Positions 1 through 14,624 of a stretch of DNA of 64,000 nucleotides are shown in pieces. Below the pieces are notes generated by a model. The model was not told the DNA's origin and did not search any database. It was given only the letters and a program-made list of their open reading frames with translations. The DNA is from the human T2T-CHM13v2.0 reference genome, Homo sapiens: the NCBI RefSeq assembly GCF_009914755.1, contig NC_060928.1. One strand, given 5' to 3'. Each line of letters opens with the position of its first letter. The first letter of the stretch is position 1. The position numbers and the translations under genes were made by a program.

Positions 1-699
1 AGTGAAGACAAGGAGAGCCAAAAGCCAATAAAACACTCAGAATCAACAGATCTGAGCATAAGTTCCAGCTCTGCCACTAACTGGATGGGCAATCCTGGGC
101 AAGTTAGCCAAAATTTCTGCTGACATTTCAGGTTCCTCACTTGCAAAAACAAAGAAAAGAATTAGGTGTTTTTTTTTCTTGACCCTGGCAGGAGGTAAGT
201 TCATTCCTTTCTGTCTCCTCCACACTTTCTCCAGTATAAATGGAATAGAGGAAACAGGAAGCCAAAATTGAGACTTATAAAAAAGATGCTCCACCAGGGC
301 ACAGGCTGTGTCTCACTCACCATTTACCTCATCCTATCGGGGCGCTCAATCTATGGTAGACTTCAATGAAAAACTGGCTGAACAAATGAATGTGGTTGCT
401 TTTTCCAGATTCTTACAAGCCAGGTTCTTTTACAGACTGGAAGTCAATGGGTACATCACCTCTTGGGACGATCCTAACTAAAGTAACTCGCCCAGTTATT
501 TCTCTTCCTACCAACCACCCTCAAGGGGGGGAGGCAGGGTCCGCTTCGGTCTTTGTCACATTGTATTCCAGCACCTAGCTCTGTACCTGCTGTCCGGTAG
601 GTAGGGAGCCTTTGGGAGGTTATGTGTTGAATGAATTAAGAAAACGTATACTAAGAGGCAGCAAACACCGACTTAAGCTTTCAAAGCCCAGTCTGGTGT

Positions 700-1160
700 G
701 GGCGCTTCTGCGCGCAAAGCCCCTGGAGCTGCACCTCTAGGCTGGGGGTGGCGCCCCAAGCTGTCCTCCTAGGCTCCCCAGGGAAGGCGGGGACCAACCA
801 CCCGAAATCACGCCCCTTCCTCCTCCCTTCCCTAGGGAGCTTGCGAAGGCGTCCGGGTCGCACCCGGCCTGATCCGCACGCCGGGCTGTCGCGAATCCCA
901 GGCCCCGCGCCGCTTCCCCCGGTACCCGCCCTCACCTGCGGGCCCAGCTCGGCCGGCAGCTTCTGCAGCCGCCACAAGGGCGTCCCCTCTTCCGGCTCCA
1001 TCCCTGCGCGAAGCTGGGGCTTGGGTCACGTGTCAAGGCTGGCCGCTTGTCTAAAGCTACGACTCGCCCACGTGACTCTCGCCGGCGGGGAGGGGCGTGG
1101 ACCCAAGAAGTCCCTGTGCGCTTGCGCAGAGACCGAACTACCGCTTTCCCCGTAACCAGG
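700..1160. promoter_or_regulatory. CpG-island promoter of COMMD8
   Basis: High GC and CpG density; E-boxes CACGTG at 1027-1032 and 1069-1074; SP/KLF site GGGGCGTGG at 1092-1100; NRF1-like TGCGCTTGCGCA at 1117-1128. Confidence 0.85.
936..1001 (-). CDS. COMMD8: COMM domain-containing protein 8, coding part of exon 1 (MEPEEGTPLWRLQKLPAELGPQ)
   Basis: ATG at 1001-999 in strong context (gggATGG); 22 codons recognised as the COMMD8 N-terminus; CAG|GTGAGG donor at 936/935; lies in a CpG island. The rest of the gene is left of the window. Confidence 0.92.
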
Positions 1161-1494
1161 GAGACTGCAGTTTGCAGTGATGTGGCTAAGATACCCTTGT
1201 GCTATTAAAGGCACATTTACGTATCTTTCAACGCAGTTTGTACCTTTGTTTAGGGTTCTATTGAACTTTCTCTGTGCTCTTTAGAAAACCGTCGAATAAA
1301 GGTAACCATCTTTTTGGGTGCCTGGGCATGGTCATTGTCCCAGAGTTTTAACATAAGTCTCTACTAAAGTATCCTGATTTGCAAGGTAAATTAAGGTTTT
1401 GCCATGAGCAACGTTCTGTATATAGATCATCCTAGGGAGAAGGTACTATTTTCAGCCCTATTTGCAGAAAGCAAACATGATTAGAGAAGTCACT

Positions 1495-1678
1495 AAGGTT
1501 GTCAGATTTAGCAAATGAAAATACCAAGCGTCCAGTTAAATGTGAAATTTCAGATAAACAATAATATTTTGTTGTAAGTATCCCCTAAATATTGTATGGG
1601 ATATATTTATACTGAAAATTATTTGTCCATCTGAAATTCAAATTTAACTGGTGTCCTGTATTTTATCTGGCAACGCTA
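1495..1678. mobile_element. Palindromic MITE, MER53-like
   Basis: Ends aaggttgtcagat...atctggcaacgct are inverted; internal ccagttaaatgtgaaatttcagat pairs with atctgaaattcaaatttaactgg; resembles the MER53 consensus as recalled. Confidence 0.75.
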
Positions 1679-2949
1679 AAAATCACTGACCTAAGTAAGA
1701 GGCCCAGTCTGAAGTTAAACAAAATCAATCAGACTCAAGAGCCATGCTATTAATGTTGGACTAAGCTCAAAGTCCAAATATCCTTTCTGTTATTTCTTAT
1801 TACAGCTGTTACTTTAATCAGGTGCTGAAGAATTCAGTGGTGGTAAAATGAGCATGTCCTGCAAAAGCGGATAATAATAACTAGTAGACCAGAAACAGGA
1901 ATTACAATCTAATTTATAAATTTAATAATAAAAGTGGTGCAAAATGGTGAAGCAGAAGAGAAAGTATTCAATCTATGGGCTACGCAGAGAAAAACTACTC
2001 ATTAGCAGCATTCTAGGTTTACCTCCTACGTCCTTTCTCTGTGTGCCTCAACTCTAAAAGGTGAAGTCAATTTCTTTCTCCCGTGAGTTTTCATGATATT
2101 TTAGCTGTCCCTCACTTATTTACCACTTTCTAGTTCTTAATGCAGATAGATGCACAACACTCATTGCCCTATCTTAAATGTAATTGTCTTAAGATACTTT
2201 GTGAATAGGAGCTCCCCTAGTAATAGTTAAAATGAGAAGTCTGGAAAACTACTTCACCTGAGTCTTTCTGTAAATCTAATGATGGGTAAGGTCTATTTTG
2301 AGAAAAAAACTTAAATTTTATGTATTATAATAATTGGGAGAAAAGTACTTTCAAGCATCTACTATATGTCAAACCCTTCATATATTTTTATCTTACTAAT
2401 TCCTGCTACAGCCTTGTACAGTGGGTATTACAGATGAGGAAATGAACTTGAAGTAATATATTTTGTAAGGTCACATAGATAGTAGTTACAAAATCACTGG
2501 TCTGAGGCCAGAAACGGTTATCTCAGTTTGCATGCTTGACTACCCCTGCTGAGGAACTGAAATGATATGGCTTACCTAAGGCCACGTAACATGACTAAAT
2601 AAGGTAAAATGACACACCTAACAGGGCCCAAGGTTTAGTCAGAGGACAGAGAATTAGGTCCTAACTCATCTTTCAAGCAACACTGAGTACTAAGAAGAAT
2701 TTGATCTTTACTCTTGAATTTGGATGGGACAAAATTTAGCCTGCAACAAATATGGTTTCCAAAATAGTTAACAACTTGCAAGAGAGACAGCGCTTAATAT
2801 TTGCCCTTTGGTTAGTAAGAGGATGTTCTTATGTGTGTAATCCAAGAGGTTTTCAAAACATATGTCTGTCTCTTGTAGTTCCATCTCTACGAGGTATATT
2901 CTGGTCTCCATCTCCCAAATCTTATTTGTACTATAGCAATCTTTAAATG

Positions 2950-3170
2950 CATGAACTCTGGAGCTAAACTTCATAAGTTCAAACCCTGGCTCTGCAAATG
3001 ACTATGTACTCTGGGCAAGCTATTTTCACTTCTCTGTGTTTCTCATTCCTTACAACAACCCTGTAAATTGTATAATTGGTTATAATGACAGCCTAGGATT
3101 TACAGGGTGGTTGTAAGTTGATATATGTGAAGTTCTTGCAATGAAGTCTGGCCTGGCACATAGAAAATTG
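2950..3170 (+). mobile_element. MIR SINE remnant
   Basis: MIR core-like ttcaaaccctggctctgc...ctgggcaag...cacttctctgtg...gcctggcacatag. Confidence 0.6.
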
Positions 3171-3529
3171 TATTATATTCCCTTCTATGTGGACTTCTTT
3201 GCTCTACTGTTATCTAGCCAAAGTCTAGTGGGTTCCAGAAAGTTACCCTCCTAGTGAACTGTCACTGCCTTAGAGATGTGATCTGCATCTGAAACCCAAC
3301 TAGCCAGCTATATAGTGCTGTATAGGTGATGTAGGTCATTGCTAACAGCTGGGAGAGGTGTACAAAGATCTTAGGTAAACCACAGTGTGTGCCCTTGCTG
3401 AGCTTAAACTGGAATTCAAGCTTGCTATTTGTGAAATAATTTGGTGCTCTTTTTCTGAAGTTAGTTTCCTTGAGATTTTTTGTTTTGAGGTGGAAGGAGG
3501 AAAGAGTTTTGCACGCCATGCTTTGGGAA

Positions 3530-4480
3530 ATTCACTCATTCACTCATTCTTTAACAATTGTTGATTAAACATCTACCATTGATTAGATGCTCTAATGACT
3601 CTGGGAATGCAAGCAGTGGACAATAATTTACCTTCTGGTTTCAGGGGAGAAGGAGTGCTTAGATAATGAACAAATAGACAATTAAGATGATGAAATATAC
3701 TGAGAAGTATCTTTAGGAAAATAAAACAGTCATGTAATAGAAAGGGATGGTAGAAATATACCTTAGATTGGTCAAAAAGCACCTAGCTAACAAATGGCAT
3801 TTATACTAAGGCATAAAGGCTGAAAAGACATGAAGGCAACATCTAGGGAAAAATAGTTGTGAGCAGAATGCAGAGGCCCTGAGGCAAGAGAAAGCCTGCC
3901 TTATTCAGCATAATTACCCAAGGCCTGTGTGGCTGGACAGGCCTTGAAGATGCCAGAGATGTGGGCATGGATTTGGTAAAGAAGATACCAGAGATGTGGG
4001 CATGGATTTGGACCAGTGAATTGACATAATGTGGTTTACATTTTTAAATGCTTATACCATGGAAACTGGAAAATAGTTATGCTATGCAAAACAGATCTTA
4101 GAGTGCAAGAGCAAAAGAAGGGGAACCAATTTGGAGGCTACTCCAGACTTATTCTAACTAATATAGAGATTAGAGTTAATATGGCCTAGTTTCCACCCCC
4201 AGACTGTAGAATTCCAGGGGCTTAGTGATAGATGGTGGTAGCAGGAACTAGATACAAATGGAAAGAATCAAAATATATTTTGGAACTAAGACCTATAGAA
4301 GTTGATGGTGGATTGGATGCTTGTGGAAGAGAAAGAGATGCTTGTGGAAGTGAAATGCAGACTAAAAGAGATAGTAAAGCATCTGTCATCCAAGCCAGCA
4401 TGAAGTTTTATGCCCTGAACAAGAGACAGAGCCATAGACTATAGCTTCTTTGTTGGTGAAAGTCTTTTTGAGGTGCAATG
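3530..4480 (-). mobile_element. L2 LINE remnant (approximate bounds)
   Basis: (CATT)n-like L2 3' end at about 3531-3550 followed by diverged purine-rich L2-like sequence. Confidence 0.5.
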
Positions 4481-5250
4481 GTGTGGTGATTAAGTGTACA
4501 GGGTCTAGAGTCAGACAGACCTGGATTCCAGTTATGTCTCCACCACTTACTAACCATATAACCTTGGACAAGTTGGATAAACTCTCATACCTAAGTTCCC
4601 TCTACTGAATATAGGGATAAAACTACCACATATTTAATAAAGTTGTCCTGAAGCTCAAATAAAATAATGTACATATCCCAGCCTCCCTTTCATCTGGGGT
4701 GGGTGGTGTCCAAGTGCTGGCCAATAGGACGAAAATGGAAGTATTATATAGCACTTCTCGGTACCTTTTATTTAAGGAGAACCCAAATGTACCATTTGCC
4801 TTTTTCTTCTTTGTTTCTGCTTCCATCTTGCTTTCTAGAACTCAAATGATGCTGTTTTTGGACAGGGAGGTCATGGACCAAGTACAAAGCGGCAAAAGGA
4901 TGGAATTAAGGTACCTGACATTGTTGAACCCATGCCTGATGCCACATTAGCTCAGGACTACCTACATGGACATGTACGTGAAATACTACCCTACTTCCCC
5001 CTTATTTAAGCCTTTTTTATGGCGGGCTTCATGTCAATATCCCTCAGTCTGATCCCAACTAATATAAGCATTATAGTAAATGACTCCTAATTTGCATCCA
5101 CGGGCCTGTAGTCTTGGGTTATGATCTCAATGGTAAAAATTAAAAGACAAAATTATAAAATAATAATATACATTTTAAAAATAGGCATTCCTATACATTG
5201 CCATTGGCAATTTTTCTAGAGGGTTTTGATTGCATTTATAAAATTTTCTA

Positions 5251-5580
<330 letters not shown>

Positions 5581-6421
5581 AGAAATTCCAGTTCCAGAAA
5601 TATATAAGAAAAAAAAAATTTGGCTCCAAGAATATTCATTTATACATTGTTTACAATAGCAAATAACTAGGAATAAGTTATTGGCTTAATAAATGATATT
5701 ATAACATAAAATGAAGCCACAAAAAAGTGATTTTATATAAGAATATTTAATAGAATATAAACTTGCTCACAATAACTATTGGGAAAAGAGTTATGTTTCA
5801 AATCTATTTGTTCTGTGTGATCCATGGTGTGCTGGGTGTCTGTGTGTGTATGTGTGTGCATGTGTAGTGTGCAATTTCCTAGACACAGGAATATACAAAA
5901 TTTTAGCAATGGTTTTCTTTCATTTGGGAGATTATAGATGATTTTGATTTTCTTCTTTTAGTTTTTCTGCATTTTTAAGTCAAATTTTTATTTAAAAATC
6001 TTAAATATTTTAAGATAGCTATAATAAATTTTGACTCTAATGATTCACTTTCATTTTGCTTTCAAACCCAGGTCTTACCTGAACTCAGCCCCTTCCTCCA
6101 GTATCTTGCTAAACATCACCAACAACATCCAATTACACTGATGATAATCTGTTTTTTACCCCATTCTCTACAGCTGCAGCCTCCATTGGAATGGGATTTG
6201 CCTTCCTAATTGTTGAGTTGTCTTAGGCACTGCATAATATGAATCCCTAGAATTCTAGCCTGCTGATAATCGCTAAGCAACCACATATTTTAGTTATATT
6301 ACAGCAGCCTCTCACTCCTTATTCCAATGTCTGTATTAGGCAGCTGGTTAATTAGTTTAATGGTTAATTAGTTAAATAAAACTGCAGAATTTTAGAAGTT
6401 TAACATAATCTTCTTCGTCTT

Positions 6422-6457
6422 TGTGTGTGTGTGAGTGTGTGTGTGTGTGTGTGTGTG
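6422..6457. repeat. (TG)n microsatellite
   Basis: Direct reading. Confidence 0.9.
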
Positions 6458-9400
6458 CGCTTACCTAACAGTCTGATGCATATCGGTGCAGGCATTTAGG
6501 TGGCTCTTCTATTCTCTAAGACCTCAGAATTCTCTTTATTCTGGAATTGGTTGCATATGAAAGAGGAAGAATATGAAGGATCACGGAGGGAGTTTTTACG
6601 TGCCAGACCTAGATATAATGTGTATCATTCCTACCTGCATTTCATCACCTGGAAACCAATTTCATGGCAGCATGCAATTGTAAGGAAATTTTGGAAATAT
6701 AACTTAGCTGTGTGTGGAGAAAGAAATGAAATTTAATAAATGTATAGTTGTTTCTACCACAATCATGCCTTTTAAAAAATAAAAGAGAATTTCTCATAGA
6801 AGAAATCCTCATATAAACACTGTAAACAATTGTCTTTCACATTTTCATGAGGAGCCATAATCCTTCATGGCTTGCACTTACCACTAGCAAAATATAAAAC
6901 TGGGCTCCAACTAATGTCTTGCATCTGCCTCAAAAATGTATCGATTCAGATTTATATTAAGAGGAAAATCTGAGAGCCTAGTAATCCAATCAATCCCTTT
7001 TCATTTTATTGCCACAATCAGCTTAGATTAAAATTTGTAATTATACCAGTTATATCTGAGAGAAGTCAAGGAGGTGAACTTGGCTGGCTGTTTAGGTAAG
7101 CCTCTGGAATATACTAATTCAGAATTAAGAGTCTGTTTTTCAGCTTTTTAGGTCCCCAAACTTGAGCTTATCATTTCATCCAAAAGAGACTGACTCATTG
7201 TAACCAAACTCTCAAGAGACTGATTGATAAACCAGAATGTCACAGAGTAGAAATTGTTTTTCTGTAGGATGCTGTATTTTGATCCACAAGTTCTTTTAGT
7301 CAACCAAATTATAGATCATAAGGAGGCTCCGTGAATGTAAGACTGAATGAAAGAAAATGGAATAGACCTAAATTAATTTTTTTCTTTAAATTGTCATGAC
7401 CTAATGACCCTCTTTCATTCCAGGGATATTTCCAGTGAAAGAAAGAAGAAAGCATGCTTTTCTCTTGACTGTGCAGAAAAAAAAACTATGTTTCTTTGAT
7501 TCTCCATTTTACTAGATGCCATACCTTTGCAATTACTTCATGTGGAGTCTTGACCAAGATTCAGGAAATACTAGAACTTTCAGTCCCAGAAGGTTACTCT
7601 GGGCATTACTAGTCCCCATCATTATGAGTTGAGTTTTAGTAGTTAATTTCAGACGAAAAATATTTGTTTTTCCCCAAATTCTGGGGTTACGTACTTTTAC
7701 TACCTATGAACTGACAACTGTATCTTCAGTAATTACAATTTCCAACAAATTGTTATAGGAATAAAGAAAAGATGTTAGTTCATTATTCAGAGTTTATGTT
7801 TATTCCTTTAATAAAAAGAAATGGTCTGTATTTCTTCTTTTCACATTTATTTCCTCAGTTCAAACCTGCTTTTCAAGTTATCCTATGACTTGAAGTTGAC
7901 TAATTTGTTCACCTTAATTAGTTGTGTTGCAATATATATGTAATTAGCTATTTGCATTGCAACCTGCACAAAATTATTCCTGTTCATAAACTACTGAGAG
8001 GAAAGGGGCTTAAAGTTCAAAGGAGTTTAATTATGGTCTTGTAACCATATAGAAAATATTTGAATGTTACATTGGCATTGGCTCTATTGCATTAAAAGAA
8101 GTTATGAATGACGAATTGGCAAAGATTTGCAAGGTGATGAGTTTAATCTTGTCTGTATAAACCTAGACAGATTTGTTTGCCTATAAAAACTGGTTCTTAG
8201 AAATCAGTTTGATAAGTGTCTCATTTCATTCTGGTCAATGAACTTAATAAACTGAAGGCCTTTGTCTTTCTTTTAGGGCATCATATGTAACTCAGAAATG
8301 TTAACACCTCTTTATTTCATTATATTTTTGTAGATAAAAATAATCTTGTAGCTTGAGCCACTTAAGATCTCCATTAAAGAGATCTTTAAAATAAACAGAT
8401 ACTTTGATTTAAGAAGAGCAATAGAGGGAGCCCATAACATTTATTTCAGTGTAGCACTAAAGAAAACAATACATTAAAAGCTGAAATCGCTCTGTTAAAG
8501 TGAAATGCTTAATAAGCTGCAATTTTGGACCTAAGATGTAATACATGCTATATCCTCAGGGGCTGGCATTCTTTAATGGCACACCAGGTTTTCAATTAAT
8601 CTTTCTGGTGAAGGTTCTGTGCGTGTAAAACCTCCTGCCTCCCAATTGCTACCCCTTTTAAGCCCTGTATTTACAACCACCACATCCGTAAGCTGTTAGG
8701 ATTTCAGCCAGTGGTTCTTAATCAAAGAAGCACATTCATCAACCCAGGGAATTTTTGAGTATTGATTTTTAACTTTAAATGTGTCACACTTTTGTTTTGT
8801 ACTTTTAAAATAGCTTTATAATTCACATACCATAAAGTCTACCCATTTAAAATACAGGTTGGCTAAGTTTACTCAAGCGAGGTTTTCTAAATTTGTATAG
8901 GAATGCAATTATCACTATGTCTCCCAAAATGATCCTTAATGCCTGTTTGTAGTGGACACATGGGGAGCTTTAAAAAAAAAAGAAAGAAAGAAAAGGTCAT
9001 ACCCTGCAGACAAATACTGTCGGAGTCTCTTTGACTACTAACACCAATCTTCCGTCATTGCTGTTACAAAACTCCCCAGATAATTTTGACATAGGTCAGT
9101 GTTGAGATACAGTGATGTGGACAAAACTTCATAGAAAAGATGAAGATCTGGAAAATGCAAATGTAACCTTTTACTAACCAAGAGATCACCTGGCTTAGAC
9201 CAAATGTTGTCACAACAGCAGCAGCAGCAATAACAAAGGAGGCCTTTAGAACATTTAGAGAATGGTGGTTTTCTGATCCTGGACTTTTGTTCCTACTGTT
9301 TCCTTTGCCTAGAATCTCCCCTCCTTCTTCCTGCCACTCTCTCCATGCACACCTAGTTCGCCTAATGAATTCAGACACAACCCCCAGAGAACTTTAATTG

Positions 9401-9628
9401 CTGTCTCACCTGTGTTTTCATAACTCTTTGAATAAACATCTATTATAGTCCTTATTGCATTGTGCTGTTTCTTCATATTCTGACTTTCCCATTTTTCTGA
9501 GAGCTCCTTGAAATGCAGAGGCCATGCCACATTCATTTGAGTATCTAGACAGTGTCTGGCACAAAGCTGACTCCCAAAAAGTGTTTGTTGAATTCGGAAA
9601 TAGAAGAGGTGCTTTAATAAACTATGAA

Positions 9629-10171
<543 letters not shown>

Positions 10172-10407
10172 CTATTGCCTAAAATATTTAAATTATTTGC
10201 TGTTACATTGCTTGGAAGGAGCTCAGAAATATATGTGAATTAACAGATAGCTGTTTTTAAAATATATGAAAGCCCCTATGATACTCAAGAAAGAACTGGC
10301 CATTCATGTAAGTCACTGAAGTTTTGATTATGATTACTTTCCTTTTGACATTGTGTTTGAAGAACCATTATGAAATAGGAATCTTGATTTGGGTAGAACA
10401 TTGAAAG

Positions 10408-10931
10408 TGTCAAAACAGAAATTGTATTGGACAATGTTAAACAGGCAAGGAAGACTCTATTCAACATTATTCCAATAGCGGAGAGGGGCCAGAACTCAAT
10501 CCAAACTCAACACCACTGAAACAAAGGACAGTAGGATTTCTAAGTGTTGGAAGTGAGAGGGAGTGTATAAGTTATATGTGTTTACTAATTGGTTTTACTC
10601 AAAAGAAAAGTAAATTTTCCCATATCTTTGTGACAGGATGCAGTTTCACAACTTGGAGGAAGGTACCCACCAAAGTTATGAAAGATAGAGTGACTATCTG
10701 ATTTGCTGATTACATTTCAAAGACATGGCTCAAAGGTTCTTGAGAAATACATTCGTAAGTTTTAAAACTGACAAGAGACTGATTGAAAGATTTATATTTC
10801 AAAGGGGCAGGAAAATATGTTACAGGTTTTCTAAATATGCTGTACAAAAATGGAGGTCAGGGGTCTAGTGTCAGGGAAGAAGCTGATCTAAAGTTTAGTC
10901 AAGCTGGGGAATGTTAAGGCAGCCTTGGTCA
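10408..10931 (-). mobile_element. ERV1-class solo LTR (MER67-like, tentative)
   Basis: Minus strand begins TGACCAAGGCTGCCTTAACATTCCCCAGCTTGACTAAACTTTAG and ends in ...GACA; about 520 bp; subfamily from recall only. Confidence 0.5.
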
Positions 10932-11410
10932 AAGTCAAATAAATAGGTAATTTTGAAGAATGTAGATGGGCCAGAAGGGCTATCAGAGAAATTCCTCAAC
11001 AATGAGCTTGGAGCAGCAAAGCTTAGCATGAGCGTATTCAATCCTTGAGAGAACCGAAGAGGAAAGTTAGAAAAGGCCTGGAGATAATTAAAGTATTTTG
11101 CAGATTTTCCTTGCATAGTCTGGTTTATATCAGGAAATTAAAAAGGAAACATTTCTTTCTGTACTTTCTTCCTCCTAAAGGAACTCTCAGATACACATTC
11201 CTACGTAAGATGTGGAACTATATATTGTCATACCATATAACAACCATGCACATAAGTTAAAATGCAAAAAAATTACAAGCATATATATGTGTATTTTTTA
11301 AATAATCTGGAAGTTTACATATGTACATGTAGCTTCTGGCAATGAGACTTGGACTGGTGTTGAAGAGGACTTTAGTGATATCTATAGTATTTCATCAAAG
11401 AAACAAGAGA

Positions 11411-11744
<334 letters not shown>

Positions 11745-13343
11745 TTAGAGGCATAAAATCCAAAATGGTAACTGTAATTCATTCTGAATTTCTGAACGGT
11801 AAGATAATATGAATTTGTTTTATGGACTTTGTATTTTTCTAGATTAGTTAAATTCCAAAAACAAAATAAAAATAAAGACAAATGTCACATGGTGGGTCTA
11901 AGCCAGGAGTTTAAAAGAAGGAGAAGTCACTGTCAGGGTGATCAAAGACCTTCAGGTAAAGGAAGAAGCAGGATTTGGGAGATGGGTTCAATATCCATAG
12001 GCAGAAATGGATAAGCACGGCAATTTAGTTGGAAGGAATCACCCAAATCAAAAAGACAGATAATAAAACCCAATGTCAGTATGTATCCAAAAATGAGTAA
12101 ATTTGTAAATCAAAATTTGATGCCAAGAATAAAGAGATTTCTATTTATAGTATCATGAAGAACGTTCAGATCCAGGGGGATGCAGGTAGAATTTTCTAAT
12201 ATAGCCTTTCTGTTGATATTGTTGCTAAATTATAGGAAACAAAAACTTGGACAGATAATTACCATCTTAGAAGCCAACCTAACCTCAAAAGGCATCTAAT
12301 CAGACTTCCTATTACAGAAGAGGAAACAGAGGTCCTCAGAATTTGAAGTCACCAGTGGTCAAGTCCAATCCAGACTCAAGCACTGGCTACCGCATCGACA
12401 TCATCAGAACACAATTCAATAGAGCTAATCAAGTGTTGACTTTCTTTGATAGTAAAACAGAGTGTCCACTTGACATGCTGGAACGTAGGGAGAATGGGGA
12501 GTAAAAATTATATGCTGGAGATAGTACATCTTAAAAATTAACACAAAAAGAACACAGACACTTGTGTAAATTCATTTTTGTTAAACTCATTTTATTTTAA
12601 CCTGTTTTTATGCAGAGAAATATTTTCCAAAATATCAAATGAATTTTAGCACAGATTAAACTATGTAAATCAAGAGCATTTAAAAGGATAATATAAGCTG
12701 TCTCTGTTAGCATTTGTAAAAGCTGGTTTAATAAAAGGTACACACACATGAAAACATTGTCAAGAATTCTTACAAAGGGCATATGCTAATGATGGCAAAT
12801 GGATTTTGTACAAAATAATAGCCTATCAAGGGACAATGTAAAGAACCACTCAGAATCTAGCAGGCTAGTAGAGTACACTGCACATAATAATTGCCCTTTT
12901 ATAAGAAAAGGAACATAGCAAAATTTGAAATTGTAAAGGAATTCATCACCAGCCTTCTTTAACAATAAGCTTCTCTAAGGCATTTGAAATAAACTTTGAT
13001 TTATGGAACTTCAATAAACACATCATTTTTAAGAAACATCATTTTGGTGAACAGAATAATACATATTTGCCTTGCTCTGCGCTTACTGTGAGTTCAGGAA
13101 TTGTGTCTTCTACATGACAAATGATTCAAATTAGTCTGAACATGAAACATGATAGCCTGGGTGGATTTAAATAATAGCAATAGTCAATGCCAGCAGGTGC
13201 CAGCAGAAGCAGTTTCAGATACAGCAAGGGAGTCAGCCTCTTGTGGGGGTCTGGGCAGCCCTCCTTTCTGCCTCTCAACTCTGCCTGCCTGGCCGACAAA
13301 GGCAATAGTTAGGATGTTTTCTAGATTCTTCCCTTTACTTTGT

Positions 13344-13668
<325 letters not shown>

Positions 13669-13703
13669 TAGTTATAGTTTAAAGGAAGACTCATGTACAC
13701 GCT

Positions 13704-14178
13704 TGTCATGGTTAATTTTATGTATCAACTTGGCTGGGCCACAGTACCAGATATTTGGTCAAACATTATTCTAGATATGTCTGTGAAGGTATTTTTTAGA
13801 TGAGATTAACATTTACATCAGAAGACTTTTAGAAAGTAGATTATCCTCTATAATGTGGGTGGGCCTCATCCAACCAGCTAAAGACCTTAATAAGCAAAGG
13901 CTGATCTTCCCCTCCTCCTATCCGCCCCCCGGCCCCACCCGCAAAAGGGAGAATCCTGCTGGCTGACTGCCTTCTAATTGGAACTGCCACATCAACTCTT
14001 CCCTGGGTCTCCAGCCTGCTGGCCTGCTCTGCAGACTTTAGATTTAATAGCCCCACAGTGTTGTGAGCTAACCTAAAAATAAATATTTCTCTCTTTCTTT
14101 TCCTATACTGACACATACACACACGCACACATTCACACACATCCTGTTCCTTCTGTTTCTCTGGAGAACCCTAATACA
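13704..14178 (+). mobile_element. MLT2 (ERVL) solo LTR
   Basis: TG...CA termini; ggttaattttatgtatcaacttggctgggcca at the start and tctgtttctctggagaaccctaataca at the end are typical of MLT2. Confidence 0.8.
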
Positions 14179-14210
14179 CCACCACTGAGTTTAAGAAATG
14201 GTAGAACATT

Positions 14211-14624
<414 letters not shown>

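Noticed and set aside
681-935. Continuation of the 106-aa minus ORF and overlapping GC-rich ORFs (748-1155, 832-1029)
   Set aside because: Read-through past the COMMD8 exon 1 donor into the intron; long ORFs are expected by chance in CpG islands
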